DNA of 64,000 nt, taken from IMG/VR virus record IMGVR_UViG_3300037067_012889, positions 64,001 to 128,000 of that record; one strand, given 5' to 3'. The notes beneath the pieces are model-generated. The model worked only from the letters and a program-made list of their open reading frames with translations, was not told where the DNA came from and searched no databases. Shown here in pieces: positions 1-8,338 of this stretch (positions within the stretch are counted from its first letter, which is position 1; the number at the start of each line of letters is the position of its first letter). Made by a program: the position numbers and the translations under genes. This DNA is from a virus. Lineage: Duplodnaviria; Caudoviricetes.

Positions 1-160
1 AGCTCATCGACGCGGTGCCGGTCGTCGGCTCGCTCTAGTCCGCACTATCTGCCGCTGAGACCCTCCCTGGTCTTCGTGATCGGGGAGGGTCTTGATTTTG
101 GTCTATCGGTGTTGGTCGGCCAAAATCAAGACCCTCCCTATTCTCTTTCAGGAGATAGTT

Positions 161-355
161 ATGGACGAAGTTGTCGTATATCACTCACCAATCAAGATGT
201 CGCCAAAAAAGCGACTATGCCGCCTTATCAACGGTATGATCGATGAGGTGAAGCGAACACATCCTCTGGTTTCCATCGAGGAAGCGCGGACGATGTTGGG
301 GATCGTGCTGGTTGCGAGCAGAAACAGACTCGTAGAACAGGCGACCAATCTGTAG
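161..355 (+). CDS. hypothetical protein
   Basis: ORF with AGGAG RBS before ATG 161; followed by palindrome at 369. Confidence 0.65.
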   Translation: MDEVVVYHSPIKMSPKKRLCRLINGMIDEVKRTHPLVSIEEARTMLGIVLVASRNRLVEQATNL

Positions 356-451
356 AAACGAACGCCGGTTTCCAGGACGGAAACCGGCGTATGCTTTCGT
401 GCTACAACAGTACTTTGGCAGGAGTCTATCCCAGAGTATAGGAGCAACGGT

Positions 452-631
452 ATGCCAACACTGGCACAAGCAATCCGACAGAATCTCGTGCAGGCTGCAG
501 AGCACACGTACGGTTCGTGTGTCGTGGAATTCGAAGGCCGCGAAGTCTCCTTCCGTTGGCGGGACGGAGTGGCGACCGTCGAAGACGGCGAAACCGAGCG
601 TAGATTCCGTATCGAGGTCGTAGAGGAGTAG
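452..631 (+). CDS. hypothetical protein (59 aa, MPTLAQAIRQ...; not in ORF track)
   Basis: manual translation; AGGAG RBS; GTGCTACAAC promoter at 399-408. Confidence 0.65.
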   Translation: MPTLAQAIRQNLVQAAEHTYGSCVVEFEGREVSFRWRDGVATVEDGETERRFRIEVVEE

Positions 632-668
632 TCCAGGTTTCCATCGTGGAAAATTGTGGAGATCATGT

Positions 669-866
669 ATGTCTATAAACGTCATTCGTGGCGACAGGAT
701 CGAACTCCTATCCATGTCAAACGATCCGCACCCAATCGAAACTGGGGCGCGAGGCACGGTGCTTTTCGTGGAGCCGATTGACGTCGGTATCCAAATCGTC
801 GTCGACTGGGACAACGGCAGAAAGCTCAACCTCATCGTTCCACCCGACAGGTACAGAAAGATCTAA
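669..866 (+). CDS. DUF4314-like small protein
   Basis: GDRIEL..M..DP.P.E.G.RGTV...QI.VDWDNGR.L.L pattern; GGAG RBS. Confidence 0.7.
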   Translation: MSINVIRGDRIELLSMSNDPHPIETGARGTVLFVEPIDVGIQIVVDWDNGRKLNLIVPPDRYRKI

Positions 867-929
867 TCCGAGGTTTCCAGCGTGGAAACAAACACCTATC
901 ATGGTGCTATAACAACATAGAGGGACATC

Positions 930-1145
930 ATGCCAACGAAAAAAGAGCTGCAAGAAGCCTGTCGCAGGTTTGCAATTGAATCAATCAGTGCCGATCATTT
1001 CTTTGATCCCGTCTTCGACCATCTGATGGATAGGATGGCGGATGAAGAGATTGAGCGATTATGCGAATCTGATGACAGGAATGCAGCAGCTCTGGCGGCG
1101 GCACAAGAGATCAAAGCAGCAATCAAATCGCTGCCAATGTTGTGA
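930..1145 (+). CDS. hypothetical protein
   Basis: ORF with own promoter (904-913) and GAGG RBS. Confidence 0.65.
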   Translation: MPTKKELQEACRRFAIESISADHFFDPVFDHLMDRMADEEIERLCESDDRNAAALAAAQEIKAAIKSLPML

Positions 1146-1266
1146 TCCGATTTCCATCATGGAAACAAACACCTATCATGGTGCTATAATTAGGTGCAAC
1201 GGCGTCAAAAACGACATCTCAAACGCGGTGCCGGGATCCGCCAAGAAGAATCGAGCAAATCATGAA

Positions 1267-1497
1267 ATGGCATTTGTGAGTCGAGCGGCAGAACAGCGTA
1301 TCTTCAAACTTGCCTGTGATGGGTATGGATTTGAAGAGATCGAACAGACAGCAGATGGGCTATACTGCACTGGTTGCCAACAGGTCCACCATCGTCCAAT
1401 CAAGATGTATTCGAACGGACAAAACGAAGTGCTCTGCAAATCGGCAGTAGTTCGCTTCTATAATCCCGAGATTTCCAAGGAGGAAACAAAGAAATGA
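1267..1497 (+). CDS. hypothetical protein with CxxC
   Basis: 3' part of ORF 1042..1497 lying downstream of promoter 1181-1190. Confidence 0.5.
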   Translation: MAFVSRAAEQRIFKLACDGYGFEEIEQTADGLYCTGCQQVHHRPIKMYSNGQNEVLCKSAVVRFYNPEISKEETKK

Positions 1498-1742
1498 CAT
1501 ACGTTATCGTCCGCAGCCAGATTGACTATCAGAACGAGATTTTGGCGGTCAGATCGACCAAGAAGGCGGCCAATACCTGTATGACCGAAATCGCCAAGCA
1601 GATGGTCGAGGATGCAAGCGACACGGAACCGCTTGGCATTGATACCACAAAGAGCGGCGAAATCACGCTGACCAGGACGGAGTTTGAGAATGAGGAACCG
1701 AAGTGGGTCCTGGAAATAATCATGGTTGAGGACGATAAATAA
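1494..1742 (+). CDS. hypothetical protein
   Basis: AAGGAGG RBS; ATGA overlap with upstream ORF. Confidence 0.65.
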   Translation: MTYVIVRSQIDYQNEILAVRSTKKAANTCMTEIAKQMVEDASDTEPLGIDTTKSGEITLTRTEFENEEPKWVLEIIMVEDDK

Positions 1743-1764
1743 CGTAGAAATCATCCACATGGCG

Positions 1765-1797
1765 AAGCCTCACGGCCCGAATAGCCGTGGGGCTTTT
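1765..1797. terminator. intrinsic terminator between convergent genes
   Basis: AAGCCTCACGGC...GCCGTGGGGCTT stem followed by T-rich tract. Confidence 0.7.
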
Positions 1798-1802
1798 GTG
1801 TT

Positions 1803-1991
1803 TTAGCACGAGCATTTTGGATAGTGGGTGATTCTGATCGGTCCGACATCAACCGTGCAGCCTCGGACCTGAATGGGTCGGAATTGCCACCCTATCGGCT
1901 TGGATGGATGAGATTGGCCCTCTCGATAGATCCAGCGGCCAAATGTGGTTCGCCATCCCGTCCAGAGCATTTCGATCTTCCATCGCTTCAT
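1803..1991 (-). CDS. hypothetical protein
   Basis: promoter, leader hairpin and AGGAG RBS upstream. Confidence 0.6.
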   Translation of the reverse strand: MKRWKIEMLWTGWRTTFGRWIYREGQSHPSKPIGWQFRPIQVRGCTVDVGPIRITHYPKCSC

Positions 1992-2062
1992 TTTCGAATC
2001 TCCTGTGCTTGGGGCGGACCTCCCTCCCCGGTACCAAGTTGTAGCACGAGAGCAGGTGATTA

Positions 2063-2431
2063 TTAACCGGGGCTTGCAGCGAAATCGGCTTTTGCCCATT
2101 CGAGCATCTGGTTTGTGATGGTCGGGAAGTCGCCAAGCTGTGTGAATTGTTCGCAGCAATCCGTTGGTGATTCTCCCCACGACATCCCACCAGTTATTAG
2201 CAGGATGAAGTTCATTCCGTCGATGCGAAACTCGGAGTATTCCTCTGATGGTCCGTTGACGATTTCAACTAGTTCGTTGACTGTGGTTTTTGCGATTTTT
2301 CGCCAGTCGGTCATTTCTTCGTTGCTTGTACCATCCGGGAATGGAATTTCGTCAGCGAGTTGTAGTAGCTTGGCAACTCGGTCTTCGGTTAGCTTACAAG
2401 CCGGAACCGTAGCATAAATGAACTCTGACAT
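2063..2431 (-). CDS. hypothetical protein
   Basis: ORF with own promoter 2485-2513; ITGGMSWGESPT motif. Confidence 0.7.
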   Translation of the reverse strand: MSEFIYATVPACKLTEDRVAKLLQLADEIPFPDGTSNEEMTDWRKIAKTTVNELVEIVNGPSEEYSEFRIDGMNFILLITGGMSWGESPTDCCEQFTQLGDFPTITNQMLEWAKADFAASPG

Positions 2432-2587
2432 GGCATCTCTTTCTAGGCTGAAAACTTGAAGCTGACCTTCCTCTCCGGTACCAAGTTATAGCACAAGAAG
2501 AGGTGATTGTTAACCGACCATACACAAGCACCCGCAACGACTACGAGCCATTGCGGGTGCTAAGCACAGGAGACCACCACACTTATT

Positions 2588-2764
2588 TCAAACTTCTCCA
2601 AGTGGGAGAGTTGTCGATTCGGTCGTCACTTTGCCGCCATCTCTGATTGCCAAGTCGGACTTGTAAGCGAAATCACGCTTCGATTCGGCGTCATCCCAGT
2701 TGATGACACGCTTGTGGCATTCACCGGTGTCGGCATAAAAGACGGTGCAAAGAACTTTGAACAT
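2588..2764 (-). CDS. hypothetical protein (58 aa, MFKVLCTVFY...; not in track)
   Basis: manual translation; hairpin at ~2528-2561 follows it. Confidence 0.55.
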   Translation of the reverse strand: MFKVLCTVFYADTGECHKRVINWDDAESKRDFAYKSDLAIRDGGKVTTESTTLPLGEV

Positions 2765-2777
2765 CATCGGCCTTTCT

Positions 2778-3040
2778 CAAAAAGACCCCGCAATAGCTTC
2801 AACACCAAGCCTACTGTTACGGTGTTAGTTTTACCGACACAGCAATATGTCGGCGTGGCTTGGCTCCACTATCGCGAGATCTCTGCATGATGGGTTACGC
2901 AGCCCTTTCGGGCACTTGTTTATAGTGGGCTTATATACCACGTTGAGCGCTACCCATCTCTGCGTTATGTTTTCGGTCTGTGGCAGAGGGTGTCGTCACT
3001 GACGGCAGCCTCTGCCACCCTCTGCTGAGAGAGTGGCGAC
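2778..3040 (-). ncRNA. candidate structured non-coding RNA or long leader
   Basis: six or more helices, GAAA tetraloop, G-U pairs consistent with minus strand, TATAAT upstream, U-tract at end. Confidence 0.5.
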
Positions 3041-3072
3041 CATTATAATACGCAAAAGGCTTTTGCCTGCAC

Positions 3073-3207
3073 CTAACCCCATCCGACTTTCCAGACGTTC
3101 GTTTTTACGTACGCTTTCTGTTGACGCCCATTATCTTGTGGCGTCGTTCTGGAAAACCAGCAAAGGTCCGAGAGCAGGCACCGCAGAAAAATCGCGATGC
3201 CGAACAT
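3073..3207 (-). CDS. possible 44-aa peptide (MFGIAIFLRC...)
   Basis: AAGGAG RBS directly after promoter 3256-3284. Confidence 0.4.
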   Translation of the reverse strand: MFGIAIFLRCLLSDLCWFSRTTPQDNGRQQKAYVKTNVWKVGWG

Positions 3208-3288
3208 TCAAGCTCTCCTTTTTCCGATGACCACGATTGGTTTCATCCGCCCTTCGTTGTAGCACCGCGATGGTGCCCGCTTAACTGA

Positions 3289-3582
3289 TCACGCCGTGTC
3301 TCTGGATTCGTTGAAATTCACGATGGCGTCCCTGAGGACTTCGAAGACGGTCTGCCGTGCTTTCGGGCTGTCGAGATAGTAAAAGGCCGCAGCCGCTTCG
3401 GACGTGAGCCACCAGAAGCTGAACTCAATGCCGTTGATCTTCACGCCGACGCACGGGCAGTGGTCGTCTTCCCAACCAGAAACGAGTTCGACCGTCAATT
3501 GTTCTGCATTGGTGATGTTCTCCAACGTCTGGAGTTCGTCACCGTTCAGATCGTCAATCATCCGGGTGCATCGTTCGGTCAT
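3289..3582 (-). CDS. hypothetical protein
   Basis: promoter, leader hairpin and AGGAG RBS. Confidence 0.7.
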   Translation of the reverse strand: MTERCTRMIDDLNGDELQTLENITNAEQLTVELVSGWEDDHCPCVGVKINGIEFSFWWLTSEAAAAFYYLDSPKARQTVFEVLRDAIVNFNESRDTA

Positions 3583-3653
3583 CGCGTCTCTCCTGTGTGT
3601 TGGAGAGGACCTTCCTCTCCGGTACCAAGTTATGGCACGAGGGGAGGTGATTG

Positions 3654-3944
3654 TTAACCGGCGTCTTTGATGGCTTCCTCAACCATCTGGTTCAGATAGC
3701 CGCTATTGAGTGCGAAATCTTCTGCCGACTTGTAAGAGCAGTTGCCAAGATAAGCCGTTCCTACGCAAGTTCCAACCTTGGCCAAAACCGTAGCCGTACA
3801 CCAGCCCCATCTTCCCTCTGCCGTCTTCATAACCTCTCTGACAGCCTTGGCGTAACCGGGTGTCGATTTTGTTCGCCTCTCGGACTGTTCTGGCGTCTCG
3901 TCCTCTTCAAGCGTACTAATTGTGATCGTGATTTTCGTCGCCAT
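3654..3944 (-). CDS. hypothetical protein
   Basis: promoter 3973-4001, AGGAG RBS, start MATKITIT. Confidence 0.7.
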   Translation of the reverse strand: MATKITITISTLEEDETPEQSERRTKSTPGYAKAVREVMKTAEGRWGWCTATVLAKVGTCVGTAYLGNCSYKSAEDFALNSGYLNQMVEEAIKDAG

Positions 3945-4103
3945 TTCGGAATCTCCTGTGTGACCTCGAACGTTTATAGCACCAGAGCAGGAGATTATTA
4001 ACCGGCTTGCGACGGCGATCAAAGCGGTTAACAATCACCGCCCATCGTGCTATAACTTGGCATGGGGAGGGAGGTCCGACCCAGAAACACAGGAGATTTC
4101 GAA

Positions 4104-5666
4104 ATGCTCAGCTTCACCGAACAGTTTCTCGCAGCTCGCAAGGTCGGCGTTCCTCTCATCGGAATCGAAAGCAGCGATCCTGGTGCGACGATGAAGACGC
4201 TGGTCAAGGACTGCTCCGAAACGCCTGTTTCTGCTGCTGTCGTTACGTGGAATTCGGCCACTGGTGTTGTTGGCAACAACGTTGCTGGTGAGAAACTGGC
4301 ATCGCGTCTGAACGAAGACCCCGACATCGCCGCTCCGATCGCTTTTCTGACCGCAATCGCCAGCGACGTCACGCCGGGATGGACCATCATCGGGATGCAA
4401 GCGGCAACCGATTGGTTCGACAACCCGGTCGTTCGTCAGGCCATCTGGAATCTCCGCGACAACTTCAAGCGTCGTGGTTGCACTCTCGTCCTGCTCTCGG
4501 ACGTCATCCAGCTACCGAACAGCCTCAAAAACGACGTCGTCATCATCGAAGAGCCGATGCCGAACGAAGAGCAGTTGGCCGGAATCGTCAAGACGCTCGA
4601 CGCACAAACGAGCCGTTGCGATTGTGGCGGCGTCAAGGGCTGCACGAAGTGCAAGGGGACTGGCATCAAGACGAAGCGGCCGTTGTGTGACGAGGACACG
4701 GTTGGCCGCGTGGTCGAAGCCGTGAAGGGCTTGCCGTACTTCGGTGCTGAACAGGTCGTGGCGATGGCACTCCGCAATCAGCCGGTCGCCGGACAGAAGC
4801 CCACGAGCTGCATCGACCTCGAACACTGCTGGAGTGCGAAGCGGAAGCAGGTCGAGCAGACGAAGGGGCTGTCGATCCATCGTGGCGGCGAGACTTTCGA
4901 TGATCTCGGTGGTCTCGACCAAATCAAGACCTACTTGAGTCGCATCATGACGGGCCGCAAGGCTCCGAAGCTCATCGTGTGGCTCGACGAAATCGAGAAG
5001 ACCGGCTTGGCAAATCGTGGCGACACGAGCGGCGTCAATCAGGACCAGGAAGGTACACTGCTTTCCTGGATGGAAGATTTCGACGTCTTCGGTGTCATGC
5101 TCCTTGGCGTTCCGGGTTGCGGCAAGTCGGCCATCTGCAAGGCGGTTGGTGCCGAATACGATCGCGTCGTCATCCGAATCGATCTCGGTGCGATGCAAGG
5201 CTCGCTGGTCGGCCAAAGCCAGACCAACATCCGAGCAGCCTTGAAGGTGGTGCAGGCCATCGGTGGTACCGACACGCTGTGGCTGGCGACGAGCAACAGC
5301 ATCAGCGGCTTGTCCTCTGCGATGAAGTCCCGATTCACCGACACCTTCTTTTTCGACCTGCCGCCGAAGGAAGAGCGTCTGCCGATTTGGAAGGTGTGGC
5401 TCGACAAGAACGGCCTCTCGGACAAGCCTTTCACGAACGACGAAGGCTGGGTCGCCCGCAACATCAAGAAGTGCTGCGACAAGGCGTTCCGAATGGGCAT
5501 CTCCATCGCGGAAGCCGCCACATACATCACCCCTGTTGGCCTGACCGACCGCGAGGACATCAAGAATCTGCGGTCCTGCGCCGACAACCGGTACCTCTCG
5601 GCCTCTCATGCTGGCGTCTACAAGGTGCCGAAGACCGTCGAGCCGGAACGGGCTTTGAGCCTCTGA
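4104..5666 (+). CDS. Ycf46-like AAA+ ATPase with permuted core (Walker B before Walker A) and Cys-rich insertion
   Basis: DLGGLDQIK, LIVWLDEIEK, GVPGCGKS, LVGQSQ, ATSN, SRF..FFFDLP motifs; degenerate N-terminal AAA-like domain. Confidence 0.85.
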   Translation: MLSFTEQFLAARKVGVPLIGIESSDPGATMKTLVKDCSETPVSAAVVTWNSATGVVGNNVAGEKLASRLNEDPDIAAPIAFLTAIASDVTPGWTIIGMQAATDWFDNPVVRQAIWNLRDNFKRRGCTLVLLSDVIQLPNSLKNDVVIIEEPMPNEEQLAGIVKTLDAQTSRCDCGGVKGCTKCKGTGIKTKRPLCDEDTVGRVVEAVKGLPYFGAEQVVAMALRNQPVAGQKPTSCIDLEHCWSAKRKQVEQTKGLSIHRGGETFDDLGGLDQIKTYLSRIMTGRKAPKLIVWLDEIEKTGLANRGDTSGVNQDQEGTLLSWMEDFDVFGVMLLGVPGCGKSAICKAVGAEYDRVVIRIDLGAMQGSLVGQSQTNIRAALKVVQAIGGTDTLWLATSNSISGLSSAMKSRFTDTFFFDLPPKEERLPIWKVWLDKNGLSDKPFTNDEGWVARNIKKCCDKAFRMGISIAEAATYITPVGLTDREDIKNLRSCADNRYLSASHAGVYKVPKTVEPERALSL

Positions 5667-5679
5667 TACGTCCTGTGTC

Positions 5680-5730
5680 ACAACTCGATCGGATGTGGCT
5701 CGTAGTCGCTCCGATCGGGTTGTTTTCTTT
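5680..5730 (+). terminator. intrinsic terminator after the ATPase gene
   Basis: ACAACTCGATCGGA / TCCGATCGGGTTGT stem plus TTTCTTT. Confidence 0.7.
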
Positions 5731-5925
5731 GAGGTAATAGATGAAAACCCGCGAATTGGTGAAACTGTTAATTGGTGCGCTATTAATAACTGGTGTGTGT
5801 TGGCTTGTGCATCTGGTCGAGTGGTGTTGTCAGCCATAGTCGAGATGGCAAACAGGCGGTTAATAATTACCCCTCATCGTGCTATAACTAGTTACCGGAA
5901 AACAACATCTAACAGGAGATAGACG

Positions 5926-6882
5926 ATGACCGAGATCGAAAAAGCCCAATCAGAAGACGCTCAAGCCGCAAACGTGCTCGATTTGACAACCTGCTTGCTG
6001 CTCCGATTCCACAAAACCGGCCTCATTCGGAAGGGCAACATCACCAAAATCCAAACGATTGCCAACAAGAAACGTCTTGGACTCAACAAGAAGATTCTGA
6101 CCAGCGGGAATTACGACAGCATGATGCTCATCGCCCGCGACATTCGCCGCTACGCCGTGAAGCGTCAGGTCCCAGGGTCGCCGTTCTCGGAAGGAACTCA
6201 CCTGATCCCATTGCCACTCGTCGACGACCTGAACGACAAGATCACGAATGCTGAGAACGCGTACAACACGTGGGCCGACATGTTCGTCGACGAATACGCC
6301 AACCTGGTCGAGGAAGCGAAAGAGGAATTGCAAGATCAGTTCGATCCCAACAACTACTTCGACGTGAGCACCGATTCAGGTCGCAACGCACTGCGTGCCA
6401 AGTTCTGGGTAGAGCGGCGATGGTTCGACTGGTCGCCGTCCAGCGACAAGAAGGTGTCGAGTGTGGTTGCCTCACAGGAAAGGCGTCGTCAAGCAACCGA
6501 AATCCAGGATATGGCACTGCAGGTCAAAGCAGCGTTGCGGATGGGCTTGAAGAAACTCATCGACCATCTGGTCGAGCGTCTGACGCCTACCCCTGGTGGC
6601 GCTCGCAAGATGTTCGCTCCGACGACGATCACGAAAATCGCTGATTTCTTGGAGTTGTTCTCTGCCCGCAATGTCTGCGGTGACAAGGAATTGGCACTGC
6701 TCGCCGATCAAGCACGTGAGGTGCTCGACGGTCAAACTGCAGAATCTATCAGAGGCGACGAAGAAGTACAATCGGTCGTCGCCGGACATATGTCAACGAT
6801 CAAGGAAGGGTTGGACAAACTGCTGCAAGACATGCCAGAACGTGTCATCAACCTGGACGATGATGAGGATGATGATGAATAA
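5926..6882 (+). CDS. DUF3150-like alpha-helical protein
   Basis: PF..GTHLIP..LV..L...F..EY..L..A..EL..QFDP..Y pattern; adjacent to AAA ATPase. Confidence 0.55.
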   Translation: MTEIEKAQSEDAQAANVLDLTTCLLLRFHKTGLIRKGNITKIQTIANKKRLGLNKKILTSGNYDSMMLIARDIRRYAVKRQVPGSPFSEGTHLIPLPLVDDLNDKITNAENAYNTWADMFVDEYANLVEEAKEELQDQFDPNNYFDVSTDSGRNALRAKFWVERRWFDWSPSSDKKVSSVVASQERRRQATEIQDMALQVKAALRMGLKKLIDHLVERLTPTPGGARKMFAPTTITKIADFLELFSARNVCGDKELALLADQAREVLDGQTAESIRGDEEVQSVVAGHMSTIKEGLDKLLQDMPERVINLDDDEDDDE

Positions 6883-7210
6883 GCTCGTCAAATTACTACT
6901 ACAGGTCCTAGTGTGGCCTGTAGTAGTAATTTTTCGATGGTTCGATGGTGATCGATTATCATCACTTCAAGCATGGTCTGATGAAGTCTTAAAGGACGAC
7001 CAAGACCTCGACAATGAGGGATTTCTAAAGAAGGTCCAAGAAGATAATCTCACCAAAACACTATTCCCTACCGAATTTGCTAAGAAGGTAGCAGAGATTT
7101 ACGGTGCAACGGGGTGTGTTAGCACTGCTGCTCCTCTCGACATCCAAAATAAGGACTCTGACAAGCCAGAAATAGATACAGGCGACGAAAGAGTTATCTG
7201 TCTCGATTAA
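6875..7210 (+). CDS. hypothetical protein with N-terminal hydrophobic helix
   Basis: 3' part of ORF 6596..7210; GAGG RBS; overlaps upstream stop. Confidence 0.55.
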   Translation: MNKLVKLLLQVLVWPVVVIFRWFDGDRLSSLQAWSDEVLKDDQDLDNEGFLKKVQEDNLTKTLFPTEFAKKVAEIYGATGCVSTAAPLDIQNKDSDKPEIDTGDERVICLD

Positions 7211-7267
7211 TAATTACCCGGATTCGTGCTATAACTGGGTAGCGGGAAAGCAAATACAGGAGCAATC

Positions 7268-7714
7268 ATGTCACACGTCGTCGCGATCAAGCTCGAAATC
7301 AAAGACCTGAAAGCATTGGCCGAAGCAGCGAAAGCTCTCGGAGCCGAATTCGTCGAAGGTAAAAAGACCTTCCGATGGTACGGCAGATGGGTGAACGACT
7401 ACAGCGAAGAGAATGCCGCGTACAAGAACGGCATCGACCCGAAGGACTACGGGAAGTGCGATCACATCATCAGTCATCCCGACTGCTGCTACGACATTGG
7501 ACTCGTCAAGCAGTCGAATGGCACGTTCCTTGTCGTAGCCGACGAGTGGCATGCTGGTGGATTGGCACAGGTGTTCGGAAGTGGAATGTCGAAGCTCAAA
7601 CAGCGGTACGCGGTTTCCGTCGCCGCTCGAACCATGCGAGCCAAGGGATGGCGTGTCTCCGAGCGACCCGGCCAAAAGGCCGACAGCGTTCGTCTTGTCT
7701 GCACCAAAATGTGA
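7268..7714 (+). CDS. DUF1257 (Ycf35-like) protein
   Basis: MSHVVAIKLEIKDL.AL..A...LG, YDIGL....GTF..VAD.W, KLKQRYA..VA......G..V pattern. Confidence 0.75.
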   Translation: MSHVVAIKLEIKDLKALAEAAKALGAEFVEGKKTFRWYGRWVNDYSEENAAYKNGIDPKDYGKCDHIISHPDCCYDIGLVKQSNGTFLVVADEWHAGGLAQVFGSGMSKLKQRYAVSVAARTMRAKGWRVSERPGQKADSVRLVCTKM

Positions 7715-7724
7715 AAGGGAGAAA

Positions 7725-7910
7725 ATGCAAACGATCACGATCGATATCGATACCGATGGGTCACCAACGATCAAAGTCAACGGTGTCCCCGGCAAGTCGT
7801 GCAAGGACGTCACAAAAACCGTTGAACGTGCTCTCGGGACAGTCACCTCGGATAAATCGACGCCTGAAATGTACCAACCGGAGAAGGCCCAACGACATGT
7901 CAGCCAATGA
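7725..7910 (+). CDS. DUF2997-like protein
   Basis: ITIDI..DG...IKVNG..GKSC..VT..VERALG....D..TPE.Y pattern; follows DUF1257. Confidence 0.75.
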   Translation: MQTITIDIDTDGSPTIKVNGVPGKSCKDVTKTVERALGTVTSDKSTPEMYQPEKAQRHVSQ

Positions 7911-8157
7911 ACTCTTAATCGACGTGCTCGATGACGGCAGCTTGGCCGCGATCCACAACGATGCGTTGGTGGATTTGTATAGCGAAGGCCAGACGACCAT
8001 ACGGCGTGCAAGCAACGTTGAGCCGGTCGTAGTAGATGGCAAGGTGGCATGGGTTGCAGACCTCTCGCCTGTTGGTGGTCCGAAGCTCGAACCATGCGAC
8101 CTACGGGCCGACGCACTCGCGGCCGAGGTTGTTTGGTTGCAAGAGAACGGATTCTAA
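7897..8157 (+). CDS. conserved hypothetical protein accompanying DUF1257/DUF2997 clusters
   Basis: IRRASNVEP...WVADLSPVGGP.L.P...R.DALAAEV.WL, recalled from planctomycete clusters. Confidence 0.6.
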   Translation: MSANELLIDVLDDGSLAAIHNDALVDLYSEGQTTIRRASNVEPVVVDGKVAWVADLSPVGGPKLEPCDLRADALAAEVVWLQENGF

Positions 8158-8338
8158 TCTTTCCAGAATGGAAATCAAGTGCAAGTAGGTCATCACATCC
8201 TGGAAGCATTGCGGTACGCAGCGAAACAACCGTGCCATCGATCTAACTGCGGCACAGTATGTAAGTGTGGTCCATGTCACGCACGAGCAGCACTCCAAGT
8301 TGTTGAAGAACGAGAACACAAACGCCTAAAGGCAAAAT

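Noticed and set aside
270-284. Extra palindrome copy TTTCCATCGAGGAAG
   Set aside because: Two mismatches and inside a coding region; not counted
369-1486. CRISPR array made of the palindromic repeats
   Set aside because: Repeats are only 15 bp and the intervals are 200-300 nt containing complete ORFs; no cas genes seen
4512-5837. 441-aa minus-strand ORF and similar long antisense ORFs (7271..8209, 19979..20797, 23537..24382)
   Set aside because: Shadows of GC-rich, codon-biased genes on the other strand; no RBS/promoter support or motifs
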